Assembly (NCBI GenBank): GCA_965112155.1 | Contig: OZ218102.1 | DNA length: 64,000 nt | Reading direction: 5' to 3' (one strand) | DNA from: Podarcis liolepis | Lineage: Eukaryota | In this document: in pieces, positions 1 through 14,168 of the stretch | Layout of the letters: each line of letters starts with the position of its first letter | Position numbering within the stretch: position 1 is the stretch's first letter | Notes under the pieces: generated by a model | Seen by the model: only the letters and a program-made list of their open reading frames with translations | What the model was told of the DNA's origin: nothing | The model's database searches: none | Translations under genes and position numbers: made by a program

Positions 1-162
1 ATAAAAATGTGAGTAATAAATGTTAATCAAGACCAAATAATGGCTTCTTTCATATTTAGTGGGAATGTTCAATAATGAAACTCTTTAGGAATAAGAGAAG
101 ACCCTCATCCCCATACACACAGGTAGACTTTCTGCTGCCAAAGTCTAGGTACATCACTCCAA

Positions 163-203
163 CCATTATTACTGATCATTATTACTGACCATTATTACTG
201 ATC
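163..203. repeat. 13-bp tandem repeat x3 (YCATTATTACTGA)
   Basis: Directly visible. Confidence 0.9.
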
Positions 204-875
204 AAATGCTCATGAGCATTTTTGTCTGCAGAATCATACTGCAGAGGCATGCAGAACATTACATTACAGCCTCAATGGGGAAATATATTCACAGCCTCTC
301 CCTTCCCCACATGAGTGGGGAGGATAAGACAGGAAAAAAAGTTAAACACCTGGATGCCACCACTCACTATTCTCACTCACTTACTCCCAAATGTATTGGG
401 CAATCCAGTTACTCATTATTCTTTATCTATGTCTCACTTTGTTCTCCGCAGGCCACTCTCATGGGAACAAAATTAATCTCATGCCTGGTTCTGTCCTGAC
501 CAAGAGGGAGGCCCACCCCATGACCAGCAGTAGTGAGTGGAATGCTTCTGGTTTTTCCTTCATAAATGTATTAGCTTCTTGTTCCAGACAGCCTTCCACA
601 CTTTTGCAAACTCTGTGACACATGGTTATGCAGCAGGTGAAGATGCTCCTAGTTCACTTGTATAACATTAGTTTCTGCCATTTTTTATATGAACCTACAC
701 GAAATCAAGTCATTTGCTCTCCTCCTCATCTATCCTTCCAACATACAACAGGTTCTTCTCCTGGGTGGCCTCTGTTCCCACATCAGGCTCCACAAAGTCC
801 CACCCCAATTCTACCAAGCTCAACCCCCAGATTTGCCAGGATCCACCCCTTCAGCTGCACCTTCGGGAGACCCTT

Positions 876-1008
876 CATAGAATCATAGAACTGTAATGTT
901 TGAAGAGACCACAAGGGTCATTGAGTCAACATGGGGCTTTTTGCTCAACATGGGGCTCAAATCCATCACCCTGAGATTAAGAGTCTCATGCTCTACTGAC
1001 TGAGCTAT
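876..1008 (-). mobile_element. tRNA-Lys-derived SINE with CR1-type tail
   Basis: Minus strand of 953-1008 reads TAGCTCAGTCAGTAGAGCATGAGACTCTTAATCTCAGGGT (tRNA-Lys CTT-like), followed by an (ATTCTATG) tail. Confidence 0.7.
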
Positions 1009-3551
1009 GCATTTCCTTACCAAATAATCTACCATGGTGCCCATATAGCTAAGAATTATTGTTCATGATCTGTAATTTTTGTTCTTATCAAATTCCATCT
1101 TCCAATTTTCTCTCACGATTCCCCAACTTTTCACTATAAAGTCATCTCCCGGCAAACAGTTCCTTCCTTCTTGTTCGTCCCATTTCTTGCATACAAACAT
1201 TATATATTTTTAAAAAATCCTTAGACAGCTTTTATTTATTTCACTTCTGTAAAAAAACCCCAGGCTCACCAGCCCTTATCTTGGCTGTGTGACCAAGAGC
1301 GCACACACTCTCTCACTCTTTTATGGTGGCTCAAAGGGTGGAGCTCTCAGAGGCAGACCAAGAGGAAGCCTCAGCATCAGGCAACCCCACTATTTGAATG
1401 GGAATGGCAGGAGCTCTTTGATGGGAGTAATCTATCTCCATCACTGTAATGACCATTCCCATTAATCGGCCATAAACTAATAAAGTAAGCACTTTCCCCT
1501 CTGCACCCCCCACCCTTCCAAACTTCATTAAGTCTTTAGTACATTAATATGTCTTACTTAGTGTCTGTTAAGCCTCTTTTTCTCTGCGTACCTGATGAAA
1601 CACCTCCCGTGGGACAGCTGAAGCCTTGACAGCTCAGGCCTCAAGTTAGAAGCCATCACTAGGCCTTGTTGTTACGGCAACACCACCCTTGCTACATGCA
1701 CAGCGGGTTGGGGAGGGGGGGATGATGATGAAGGGAAGGGGGAGAACAGTAAAAGAGCTGCTACACCTCCAAATTAAATTTGCGATGCCAGGCATCAGAT
1801 GGGCCCACAGCCAGAGATTAATTCGCCTGATCAAGTTATAAAGAGTGCTGAGGCTGGTAATCAATCTTGTAGCTGTCAGGGAGATAGGCAGTGGTATTAA
1901 CCTGGCAGGACTCACGAAAATGCAGGCCTCTTTCATTCTTTTCACAATGACTATTATTTCCCTGGCCTGTTTTGTCTGGTTGCGCTGGTGGTGTCAGGGT
2001 GGGATGGTGTGGGATTGATGGCTGTCCTCCCTCCCTCCCTCTGTCCAAGAAATAAATCTGCATTATTTAGATTTCGGTTCCAATTTAACTTGACTACTGG
2101 CTTCCACTCAAACATTTCCCTAGGAGTCAGGAAGGTGATGGTGGTGAAGCAGGGAATGGACATCAGGGCCTAATTTTTTCCCATGATTGTGAACAGGCAA
2201 CCTTTTGGTGGTGGGGGGGGGCGGGTTAAGGAACAATCACTTCATGTTAATTTGCTGCCCCATTAGTATGCTTTAGCCACCCTTTTAATTCTCAGAACCT
2301 TGGGGGTGATGACAGAGTAGCAAAGGGTGGCCTTTTTCTGCCCTTTCAATGGGTGAAGTGTGACCTGTGATTGTAAATATACAACAAGAGCATGGTATTC
2401 CAGGTTAATTACTCTGGTGTAAATGTGTGATTAATCCAGTGACAATGGTTTATTGCCAAAGTCTAGGTATGGATTGTTGTGATGATACAAAGGTTAATTA
2501 GGAATTAGAAATAATTAATGAGGTGGTGCTGACTCAGGCAGAGATATTGAATTGGAGTTAGCGGTGGGACTGAGCAGCAGTGATAACTGTTAGCTATACA
2601 TCTAGATTAGCTAAGGCTCCGAACATTGTAGAACTTCCCTTCTTGATCATCACTTTACACCCTTTCCTGCCTGACCTACCTTTCTTGATGCCATCTGCTT
2701 CTCAGCTTAGATAGTGAGCCTGAGTAAAAGCAAGAGTACACATTACGCTGAGTTTTAGGTAACATTCCCCTACTTGAAAAAGAAAAAGAAATTAAAGGAG
2801 GAGGAGTGATGGAGAGAGGTGTTTAACCTCAGGATGCTTTTCCTCTCAAAATTGTCCCCAGCTGCCTTCCTCCTTACAAGTTCTTGTATCTTTTCCTCTA
2901 CAGAGATAAAAGCAGTTTGAGTTAATCACCTTCTTCCACATGGGGGAAAGGATACATTGAATTTTGTGCTATATGTTGTGCAGGTGTGTGGCCTTCCATA
3001 TGTTGATGGACCCCAATTCATTCCAGCCAGCATGGGATTGTGGGAGCCGCAGTCCAGCAACATCTGGAAAGCCACAGGTTCCCCACTTTGGTTGTTGAGT
3101 TTTCTCCTTGTCCTTGCAAGCAAAAATCAGATTCATTTTCTAGTGGTAAGGTTGTGAAACCCTAATTCAGGCTGCAAATACTATTATCTGTTTTGACTGC
3201 CATTATTTCAGCTGGTCTGATGTCACAGAGGGCTCTGCCATAAGCATTTTCATGAAATCTTGAAGATGCATTTAAGCAGAAACAAGTATTTATGTTGCTT
3301 ATACATTACATGATTATAAATAGAAGTACTAAACTGTCCAGCTTTCCAAAAGTTTTTAGATAGAATGCTGTTATTCTAAGCCTAGTAGAAATCCTTGGAA
3401 ATTTAGTGTCCGTCTTTCCAGCTGCTGTTCCCCTTCTACACACACTTCTGCTGCTCACAAGCAGCAAGAAATGAAGGAAAGACAGGGGGTTATAGACACA
3501 ACAAGCAGGGGGAGTGAGGACTGCAATTAAATGTATGTGTAAACATCTATA

Positions 3552-3764
3552 CAGTGGTACCTTAGGTTACAGATGCTTCAGGTTAGACTCCGCTAACCCA
3601 GAAATAGTACCTCGGGTTAAGAACTTTGCTTCAGGATGAGAACAGAAATTGCACGCTGGCAGCGGGAGGTCCCATTAGCTAAAGTGGTACCTCAGGTTAA
3701 GAACAGTTTCAGGTTAAGAACGGACCTCTGGAATGAATTAAGTTATTAACCCGAGGTACCACTG
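3552..3764 (+). mobile_element. Tc1/mariner (Tigger-like) MITE
   Basis: TIR CAGTGGTACCT...AGGTACCACTG, TA duplication, six copies in window. Confidence 0.88.
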
Positions 3765-5452
3765 TAGATGCATCCCAACAGCACTGTAGATGCATCCCAA
3801 TAGAAGGTTCAGATATTCACATATAGCTTTAAAGCAACAAATGTACAAATGGTGTACAGAGAGCAATTTTGAGTTTCTCACAGCTCTTCTCGTAATACAG
3901 TTGCTAATTCTGCAATGGGGTCATTTGTCCAATACGCTTCTTTGGGCATGGGATTTCCAAACCTCTCCATACAAATCAATGGGTTGAATACTACTTCAAC
4001 AGTTTTTTGAGGGATAACTCTCCATTCCCTAGGGAGAGCACTCTATTCAGGAGCTGTAAGAGGGGAAGGGACACACTTATGGCCACAATTTACCTTGAAA
4101 GAGATCTTCATTTTCTGTATGGTTCCTGTTAACAGGAGGTTGATGTTTCTGGCAAATACAGAGGTTACTGCTCTGATCTTTTTTTTTTTTGCAACTATTA
4201 GGGTCAGGATGCTAACTGCTCTTTCAAGGTCACATGTGACAGGGGCTTGTACCAGGGTCATGAATAGCTCATGAGAGGTGTATTTTATATGAAAGTCATG
4301 CCAGCTGTTCTAATACCATGAATCACAGAAATAAGCCATGTAAAATGCCCAGACTAGCACCCATCATCATTACACCCTTAACATGGGTCTCAAGGTGATT
4401 TACAAGCAGACAAGAAAAAAATGTCAATAGTTGTTGAAACAGTACAGAAATAGTTTTAAAAACAATACACAATAAACAGATATGTTTTGTTTGGGGATAA
4501 TGTCTCCAACTGTTTCTAGAAAGTACAAATAGTGGTTCTCCCTCATCTTTCAACAGCATTGTTGTTCCACAAATTGGGGCAGCCACACTGAAAGCCCTGC
4601 TCCAAGTTGCCATGGAGAGAGCTTCTGATATTTAGGGACTTCAAGAAGAAATTCTTCTGCAGAGCACAGACCTACTGGGTACATAAGGCCATGTCAAGCT
4701 TTTTTCTAGCTGAATGCTTTTTGTTTCAAGTGGAGTCTTCCATAACAGGCATACTCTGTATGTGGGAGATGCCAAATCCTCTGGGAATTTCAGTGGGGGT
4801 GGAGGATGTGTGGGAGAGAGTAGCCACAGTTCCAAAGCTATGTCAAGTCTTTTAAAAGCTTCCCGTTTCCTACTTCCTTTCCCTTAAACCACATCTTATG
4901 AGCAGTCAGTCATGATATTACATCTTTTACACAAGCAGCTAAGTAAGATAAATGCTAGGATATGGGAACTTCCTGTTGAAGACTATAGCATGTGGGAAGC
5001 TTGCAGAGGTATCTGGCTGTTTGTTGTTGCAAATAGAACAGTAGACTAGATGAGCCTTGTCTTATGTCATGGCCCATTTTCTGTGATATTGTGGAAGGGC
5101 CCTTTAGGAACACAGGAGGTTGTCTTATACTGAGTCAGACCATTGGTCCATCCAGCACAGAATTGTCTATGCCGTCTTTCAGTTGCTGTCCAGAGATGCT
5201 GGGAACTGAACACAAGAACTTCTGCATGCAAAGCAGATGATCTGCTACTGAGCTGCAAACTTTCCTATGCTTCATTCAGTGGCCTAGCACATGGGAACAA
5301 TGATAAAAACACAAGTGCTCCTTATACACCTTTTCCATTTGAAACCCTGGCTGAGTGGGTATATTCTTTATTTAAAATATTTATTATCTGTTCTTCACTG
5401 CACAGCAATTTCAGAGTGGTTCACGGCTGAAGCAATTTCAGATTCAAACTAA

Positions 5453-5716
5453 GGCCACATCCACATCATATACTTAAAATGCTATTAGACCACTTTAACA
5501 GCCATGGTTCCCACCTCCCAGAGACTCTTGGGAGTTGTAGTTTGTTAAGGGTGTTGAGCATTGTTAGGAGGCCCCTATTCGCCTCACAGAACTACAATTC
5601 CCAGAGTGCCATACTGATTGTTAAACCACTCTGGAGGGAAAAGGGGTTTCCTATTCTCTGGTGAAACCCTTAACTGTTAAAATGGTTTAATAGTGCTTTA
5701 TTCTATGAATATGGCC
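5453..5716. mobile_element. MITE (PIF/Harbinger-like)
   Basis: Imperfect TIR GGCCACATCCACAT / ATGAATATGGCC; internal GGGAGTTGTAGT / ACTACAATTCCC inverted motif. Confidence 0.55.
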
Positions 5717-6386
5717 AAAGCAAGTACATGGGTAATCTGGTCACAGTCTCCTACGCTATGCGGAGCTGTATTGTACTTCTGTTTAAATTCTAGCAATTCT
5801 TTCAAAGTGCTTATTATCTCTAAATTGGAATCTATCAATATAAATCAGCATGGGTACATTTTATACAAATTTGTGTCCTTTCTGGGGTGTGATGTATAAG
5901 TGCCCCCTCCCTGACACAGCTTATCTGTCTTGTCCAGAAGCCATAGGGGCACCCAGGGGCACCTACGCCTCTCTCGATAGCTCAGCTGCTGTCAAAAGGC
6001 TCTGCATACACAGTGCCAGTGAGTCACCCTTAGCAGGTGCTGCTTGTATGGGAGCCAGGAAGCTCTTTGGCTTTGATTGGCACTAGATGGCAACCATGTT
6101 AAATTTGTGCAATGCCCACGAGCATCTGATACAGCTATACTGATGGGCACTTTGGGCAGCACAGTGGAAAATCTAACAGGGTGGCTGCTCAGTTTATGTG
6201 TGGCCTAGCACTACATCTGGGAAGTGTTCTGGGTTTGATCAAATAAGGTCTCCTAAAAGGAGATAAAACAATACTTTTCTTATACAGCCTTGCAACAGAA
6301 AAATAATATGGCCACAATCACAACTTGAGCAAGGGAGGCAGGAATGAGCCTAACTTGTAGTTGGCCTATAAAAACAACTACCAGAG

Positions 6387-6911
<525 letters not shown>

Positions 6912-7044
6912 AGGTAAGGGTACATCACTATCTATGAGTAATCTATTAACCACCACTAGAGGGGGCTTATGTGCTGTAACTGCTCTCTGAGCTCCCCCCC
7001 CCCCCCTTTTAGTGGGTAGGGAGAGGAATGGGTGGTTATTGCTT

Positions 7045-7344
7045 TTAAACAGAGCCTAGGGCTTGCCGATCAGAAGGTCGGTGGTTCAAATCCCCGCGAA
7101 GGGGTGAGCTCCCATTGCTCGGTCCCTGCTTCTGCCAACCTAGCAGTTTGAAAGCATGTCAACGTGCAAGTAGATACATAGGTACCGCTCTAGCGGGAAG
7201 GTAAACGGCGTTTCTGGTTCGCCAGAAGTGGCTTAGTCATGCTAGCCACATGACCAGCTCTCTCAGCCAGTAAAGTGAGATGAGCGCCGCAACCCCAGAG
7301 TCATCCATGACTGGACCTAATGGTCAGGGGACCCTTTACCTTTA
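7045..7344 (+). mobile_element. Sauria SINE (5'-truncated)
   Basis: B-box-like GGTTCAAATCCC, body shared with four other copies here, (TTTACC) tail. Confidence 0.85.
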
Positions 7345-8406
7345 ATCTAAAATAACCACCATGGTTCTGTAATCACAATCAGCAGCATTAATTACAATAC
7401 TGTTCCATAAGCATAAAATGAAAAGGATGGGGAAAGCCTTACCACTCTTAAACCGCCCTAGTGGGAAGTATGGCAGGGTGGTTAACTGTGCAGTCTAACT
7501 AATCCAACTTAAGGAATCTTGAGCCTACTGTACTCTGAGGCTCAAAGAGCATAAGGAAATTATCTAGGTTTACCCAGAACTATAGAACATGGAAATGAAT
7601 TATCTCCTGATTTCCAGTCCAAGCCATATCATCATCAGGATATGCTAATGATGCCATGGAGATAATTCTCAGCCAAAGAACACAGGAGAAGTCAACTGCT
7701 TCTTCCCATCTATCAGTTAAGTCCAATCTCTGATTAATAGCTGAACTTTTCTTCTTAACTACTCTGCAACCCATCAGACACCTGTTTTTCCCACATTGGC
7801 TGTATCTAGTACGCTACCACCATCCTCCAAAGCCAAAGGCTGCCATGGAATGTTGAGGCCAGCCGTGCTCCATCTCAAAGTGCCAAATGTGTACTGCTTG
7901 GACATGCTCCAGTGTATTTTGGAGCAGATTGTTGCCAGCGCATTTGCTGATTAATTCCTACCCTCCTCTCATTCCAGGATAGGCCCCATCTATCTTAGAA
8001 ATGTCCAATTGGGTATATATAGCAGAAGTAAAATATTTTCCCTTGTATCTTCTCCCCCTTTAGAAGACCAGAGGGTGTGGGTGTGTGGGGGGGTGTGGGG
8101 GGGTGTTGCGATATGATTATCAGAGAGGAAGATCCTGAGGCAATAATAAAATGAGCAGAAGCAGTTACATGCACCAAGCTGTGGAAAAGCTTGGGGATCC
8201 TACAACTTCCAGATTCCATGCATCTGACAAAGTAGGCTGTTGCCTATGGAAGTTTGTTGTGAAATGTATTTCTTAGCCTTTTTAAATTGTCAAAACCTGG
8301 TGTTTGAGGGGGGGGTGTCCAAATCAAACCTTCGCATTTGTGTGGTTGAAGCTGGATCATTGCTAGTTAGCCATTTCTTTTGTCCAACAGAAGACACAAA
8401 GACAAA

Positions 8407-8407
<1 letters not shown>

Positions 8408-8453
<46 letters not shown>
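8408..8453. repeat. (CA)n microsatellite
   Basis: Directly visible. Confidence 0.97.
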
Positions 8454-8454
<1 letters not shown>

Positions 8455-10939
8455 GTGTTTTCAGCAAAGAAAATCAGAGGACAGCTTTGCTCTTGTCTGC
8501 CTGTTTGCCAGGTCTGTGTTTTGGTTTTCTTAGGACTTATCCAAATTTTAAGTACCAATTCCAATCACAAATATGAACCTTACTGCGAAAAACTGTTCAG
8601 CACTATTTTAAATACCTTTGCATCACCTCTGCATATGTCAGCTAAGTTGCAGGGCAAATGGACCCTTGCTGCATGACTCACAAGGTAATCTCTCTCACTA
8701 AGGACCAGGAAAAAAATGCTCTGTAAACATAATTGTGGGAAGAAGGGGGAAGAAGCTACATTCTGAGGTCAAGGGTTAATGCTGATAGAGCTACTAGTAC
8801 AAGCAACTAAGAAAACAAGGATTTCAGCCGTTGATAAAAGAAACCACCAGGGAGCTGATCACAGCAAGGCAGGGGAAAGGGAGTCCCAGGAAGAGAGAGT
8901 GGCTGAGGAAACACATTGATCTGTCCAGCCTGGGCCATTCACCTAATGCCTGAATGTGGGCTCTGTCTGGTAGACTTGCAAAGAATGTGTTATCAATGGT
9001 TGCCACTTTTATTCCTGACAGAGGCTCTGGACCTTTAAAAGAGCTGCATGGCAAGCAGAAATTCAACAGGTGTAACTGCTCCCATAACTGTGTCTGTCTT
9101 ACTTAACAGACAGATGCCAACAACAATATGCTTCCTATAGATATTTTGCTACAAGTGGCAGTAGAAATCATCCTCACATCTGTTTGTCATTTGGGTCCGT
9201 TTCCTCCACTTTGTGTTGTGCCATCCCGGTTCTTGTAGGAAAGTCCATGTGGCTGTAGAACCTTCCATTGTTTCTGAACCCATAAAGACTTGCACACATT
9301 AAATTTGTTGCTTAACACCGCTTAGTAGCACTTTGCTATGAATCAGAGCATTCCTGCCTGGTGTTAAGAATGTAGCTCTAGGAGAAAACACACGAGGTAG
9401 GGAAAGTCACAGCATGTCAGCACCAAACAGGTAGGAAGTGGGCAAACAATGGAACACATCCAGCTTCCCCACTTGCCACAGATGCCATTATTAATCCTGG
9501 GGAGTGCTGAGCAGAAGCCTCAAAATGTAACAACCTGCCAATTATTCAGCCTGTAAGTCTGATGAGGCATGGGGTGCAGGGACAGGGTACAATCTTGCAA
9601 GGACCTTGAAGGCTTTGCAATGGAATTCAAAGTGATTTGCTAGTACAGGAGTCAGTGCCTGGACAAGCACCACTCAATACATTCCAAGGCATTAGCTAAC
9701 CAAACCAGTACCAAATGCTTTACCCACTCACCCACAATCTGTATCTAGCTTGCATTAGCACTGCATATCCCACTGCTTGGGGATATATATGTTATAGGCA
9801 AAGGACAGGATGGAGGGGGCTAACTTGTTTTGCTATTAGCCGGCTAATAGGGTTCCTTAATGGGGTTTGAAGGAGGTACGCTGGATAAACAAAACAAACA
9901 AGGAATTAAGGGGATGAGTAACTGCCCTGCTGTCTACAGCTCCTAATCCCTCCTGGGTTGGTCATGGGAGCCTGAGGTTACAGGATTTGCAACATTTACC
10001 TGGGACAGCAAACGAATCCATAGAGTTTGGGTCTGAGGTCTGTGCAGTTTTCCAGCAACTCTTATGGTATCAAGCTCCACTGGGCATTCTGCTTGGGTTC
10101 TGAAAGTCTATGTAGAAAAAGCAGCTGTGGGTGTTTCTTTGTTTCCCTCTGTAATGTGGGAATACAGGCTCTCAACAACAGAAAGAAAGAAAAAAACAGG
10201 ACATGAGTGAATGCATATCTACACTTTTTTGTTTTGCTTTGTTTAAGGCAGTGTGCTATAGTAGTTAGAGTTTTGAGCTAGGACTGGGAAAACCAAACAT
10301 TTGGTTCACAGACTAGGTCTGGCCTGCATGCACTGGGACTTTTCCAATCGTGCCAGATCTGCTGAGGTCATTCCCTGTATTCAGTACCATTCCACCCTGA
10401 CACATACCTGATGCCTCATCTTGTCAGATGGTAGAAAATTAACTACATTTCTCATTGCATAGTCACTTCTGACTCCTCTCTGCTTCAGCAGTATCCTTCT
10501 ACATGAATGAGAAGGCTACTTCATGCAGAAAGCTATCAATGGCTGCTAGTCATGGTAGCTGTATTTTACCACTATGAACAGAGGTGACATCTCTCTCAAC
10601 TCAAGTCCCTGGGGAACAACAGCAGATTTTGCGTTTTATCTACTTGTAATCATATAACTATATATGAAGTCTCCCAGACTTATCATGTCCTTACTATGCT
10701 GTTAAGGCTGCAACCCTGTGTTCACTTATCTGGGCGTAAACCCCACTGAAGTCAGGTAGACATTTGTAGATTTATGCTGTAAGACAGAGGTTTTCAACCT
10801 TTTTGAGTCCATATCTCCCTTGACCAACTACATTCTTTCTATGGCACCCCTGTGGGCCTCAGGAGCCCAGTTATGTCACCCCTTGCCTGCAGAGCTGGCA
10901 GCCTCTCATCCTTTTTCAAACACCCTCCCTTGTGGAGTG

Positions 10940-11030
10940 CATAGCTGTCAACTTTTTTCCTTTTCTTGCAAGGAATCCTATTCGGAATAAGGGAATTTCC
11001 CTTTAAAAAAGGGAAATGTTGACAGCTATG
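10940..11030. mobile_element. Small MITE with perfect 13-bp TIR, within a larger hAT-like relic (~10785-11090)
   Basis: CATAGCTGTCAAC / GTTGACAGCTATG; GAGTG repeated on both flanks. Confidence 0.65.
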
Positions 11031-13011
11031 GAGTGTTCCTTCAGCTTCCTCTCCTCTTCCCTCTCCTTGGGAGTCCTCTGGGCTGCTCAATAAAATTTGA
11101 GTTGCTCACACTTCCTTGGAAAGGTCATGTTGTGCTTCCAAATGTAGCATGTAAAACATTATCTTGGCATCAAACAGAATGACGAGGAAAACTTTATCAG
11201 CACAGTTCCTTTTTGTCATCCACCTGCTAAAGGTTTAAGAAGTCTGCTTTTGGACAGGATGAGTTAATCTATCTACATAGAACAGAGTATTCAAGAAAGC
11301 AGTGGTTCCGATACCAGGGTGCAAAGTGTCCTTTCTCCAAAGATACCCATCAGACTCTACTTCATGGTGTACACAACATGAGGCTAGTGTGCACCGTATC
11401 AGGATCTCATCATGGTCTTCCTTTGTGGAGTTTATATACATGTAGTGGTACATGACTGGGTGCTGAGTTTCACCATATCCCAGTAGTGAGGAACATGTGG
11501 CTCTCTAGCTGTTGTTGGACTCCAGCACCCATCAGCCCCAGCCAGCATGCCCAGTGGTCAAAGGTGATGGGAACTGGAGGGCCACAGGTTTTCCGCTCCT
11601 GACACATCCAGTGCCCTGTCACAGCAACAGCGTTGATGAGGGTTGGCTACTTTTCTTCTTTTAATCTCTTCCCACTGAAGTCCTTGGGAGGGACATTTTT
11701 TTGCACCAGGTCTGAGGCTGGTGTAAAGTTATGCGATCACTTGGGGTCTAGGGTTTGGCATAAGTGTGCCCCTATCCTGCCCATGTCCTTCTCCTCCTGG
11801 TTCAGCTGTTCCTCCACCATATATTTGCTAGTGAAATGGCTTCTCCAGCCTTGTGTTCTACTGTCAGCATAAGTAATCTGCCATCAGCATATCTGGCATT
11901 GTGTCTATGGTTTCTGCTAAATCCTAAAGCATGTCAGCCAGTGTAATTTCAACACAGTATTTAATTGTATGTTAGTACAATTAAAATCTTCTGACTTTAA
12001 GGTGAGATTTCTTTTCTACTTTAATGCTTACAAAGCCAAGTAAGAACAAATGTTCTCATTAAAAATACAAAAAGGCCTCGATAACTCTGTAAATGTGAAA
12101 TAATAATGAAATGAATTAATTGCAGTTGCTACTGATCAAATATAACCTATCAAAGTAAAGGAATACAAACTAAGACTGCAAACCTTACCCCCTTTACCTG
12201 GGAATAACCCCCAATGAATTAAACATGACTTACTTCTGGGCAGGCATGGTTAGGATTGCACTGTTAAATATTTATCAAGAAGCAACCATTTGTAGATGTT
12301 ATTTGCAAATTGCAAGAAGCCTATTCATCCTACCCCATTTGTGAATAATGATGATGATAAATAATAAAATATAAAAGTGATTGTTAGAGGGAGAGAGCAT
12401 TTCTTTAACCTGGAAACCTAACTGCTGTTCTAAAACAAGAACGACAACATGGCCCAGCTGTTCCTAGCATGCACAATGCGGGTTGTGTGAGAATAGTTCA
12501 GTGGTCCTTTGCTCCTTTGGCTTTTAGATGTCTCCATATGGAGATTGATTTCTATTTGTTGCCTCCCTTCAGCTCCAACAGTGCAGGGTTTGCGTTCTAT
12601 GGAAACTTGGGCACTTTGCTGACGTTGGGGGTATTTCTGTGGATTGAAGAGGGCTTGGGATACAACTTGGTTCTACTTAGTAAATGGCCATCTCTCTCCC
12701 TCTCCCACTCACACATACAGCTTCTTTTTCTAAAAGGAAGGGAGTTGATATTTAATTTTTCCTCCTACTGTTTCCTGTTATTCAAATAAATTCATCTTCT
12801 ACCCCAGTTAACCAGATGTTTTATGCCATTGCTCTCCTGACAGTGTGTCTTTTCTGCCCCTTAGTCCATGAACAACTTTCCCTGGTGAATCAATGACTGT
12901 TCTTTCCTCTAGCATCTAGGCAATCCAATCTGGGCACCCTCAGTTTCAATTTACCTTGGACAACCGCAGTCATCAAAAGCCAAATACTGAAGCATCACTT
13001 GTCCTATCCCA

Positions 13012-13134
13012 GCAAGGATGGGGAACTTGTGGCCCTCCAGATGTTTCTGGACTCCAACTCCCACCACCCCTGAGTATTGGCATGATGGGAACTGAAGCCC
13101 ACAACATCTGGAGGGCCACAGGTTTCCCATCTGT
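13012..13134. mobile_element. Palindromic ~120-bp MITE (related copies ~2980-3090, 11485-11600, 21615-21710, 48005-48110, 59185-59245)
   Basis: TGTGGCCCTCCAGATGT / ACATCTGGAGGGCCACA inverted arms, repeated through the window. Confidence 0.7.
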
Positions 13135-14119
13135 GCAACCCATTCTGAGCAAGACCATTTAAGAGCTTGTAGCTGTGCATCTGGCTCCTCTGTGCAGTGG
13201 AAACAGAATTGCAATAGATCTTCTTTGCTTGTAAAATTACTCATGCTAATTGTAGTCTCTGATTTATCGTTTCCTTAGTCTTTCTTGTACATAAATAATC
13301 CACGGCATTAGGGAGAATAAGTTGGAGCAGAGCAAATGAATGGAATGAAAAGTTCCATTTTTATTACTGTTGGATTATTTATTTCATTTATGCCTATGAG
13401 GCACCTCAAACCAATTTACAATGCAAGGAAAACAGATACAAAACAGTTGCATTTATAAAATCAATTTCAAATCCAATACAGATGCCAGCTGGGATAATAC
13501 TTTCCACACAGAAGGTTTGTTGAACGAGGGACGTTTTCAACAAGCACCTAAAAGGCATCAGAGATGATGTCTTCACTATTCTGCTCTGGGTGCAAATGTG
13601 GGGTCCACTTCCCAGTGACAGCAGAAGCTTGGTCAGGGAAGAAGGGGTTTGTCACCACCCCAAGACCCATGAGTTCAGCTGCATTGGCACATCTTCATTG
13701 CAATCCATGATATTTTGTTTCTTGCTCTTATTGTCACTGTAACAGCATGCTTTGCCATCGTAACAATTTGGTTGTTAACTGACCAGAACAAAAGTCACTC
13801 ACGTTATTCATTCTTACGCCTTTAGCTAAAGCTTGATATGCAGGAACCAGCAGATTAAGCTTTCTGTGGCTTGGAGCATAATGCATTTTAAAAGCAAACA
13901 CTTGGCTATACTCCTGTTTATAATGTAACACCCATCACAATGCTACATTTGGACCAACTGAAATTTCTGAACTACAGTATCTTAATGAGCCACTCCACAC
14001 ATATTGCATTACAATAGTCCAGTTGAAATTAGTTTGTATGCTCAACTTTACACCTCACTGAAACAGATGCAAAAGTAGCTGGGGCAACCCAGCCAGATGG
14101 GCAGGGTATTTATTAATTA

Positions 14120-14121
<2 letters not shown>

Positions 14122-14168
<47 letters not shown>
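14122..14168. repeat. (ATT)n microsatellite (likely retroposon tail)
   Basis: Directly visible; follows a GGGCAGGGTAT tail motif. Confidence 0.95.

Noticed and set aside
953-1008. tRNA-Lys(CTT) gene
   Set aside because: Degenerate T-arm and acceptor stem, fused to a CR1-like tail: it is a SINE head, not a tRNA gene.
8240-8676. ORFs with THTHTH/VCVCVC runs (also 14882-15255, 31914-32192) and other short ORFs
   Set aside because: Translations of microsatellites or TE sequence; no coding signal.
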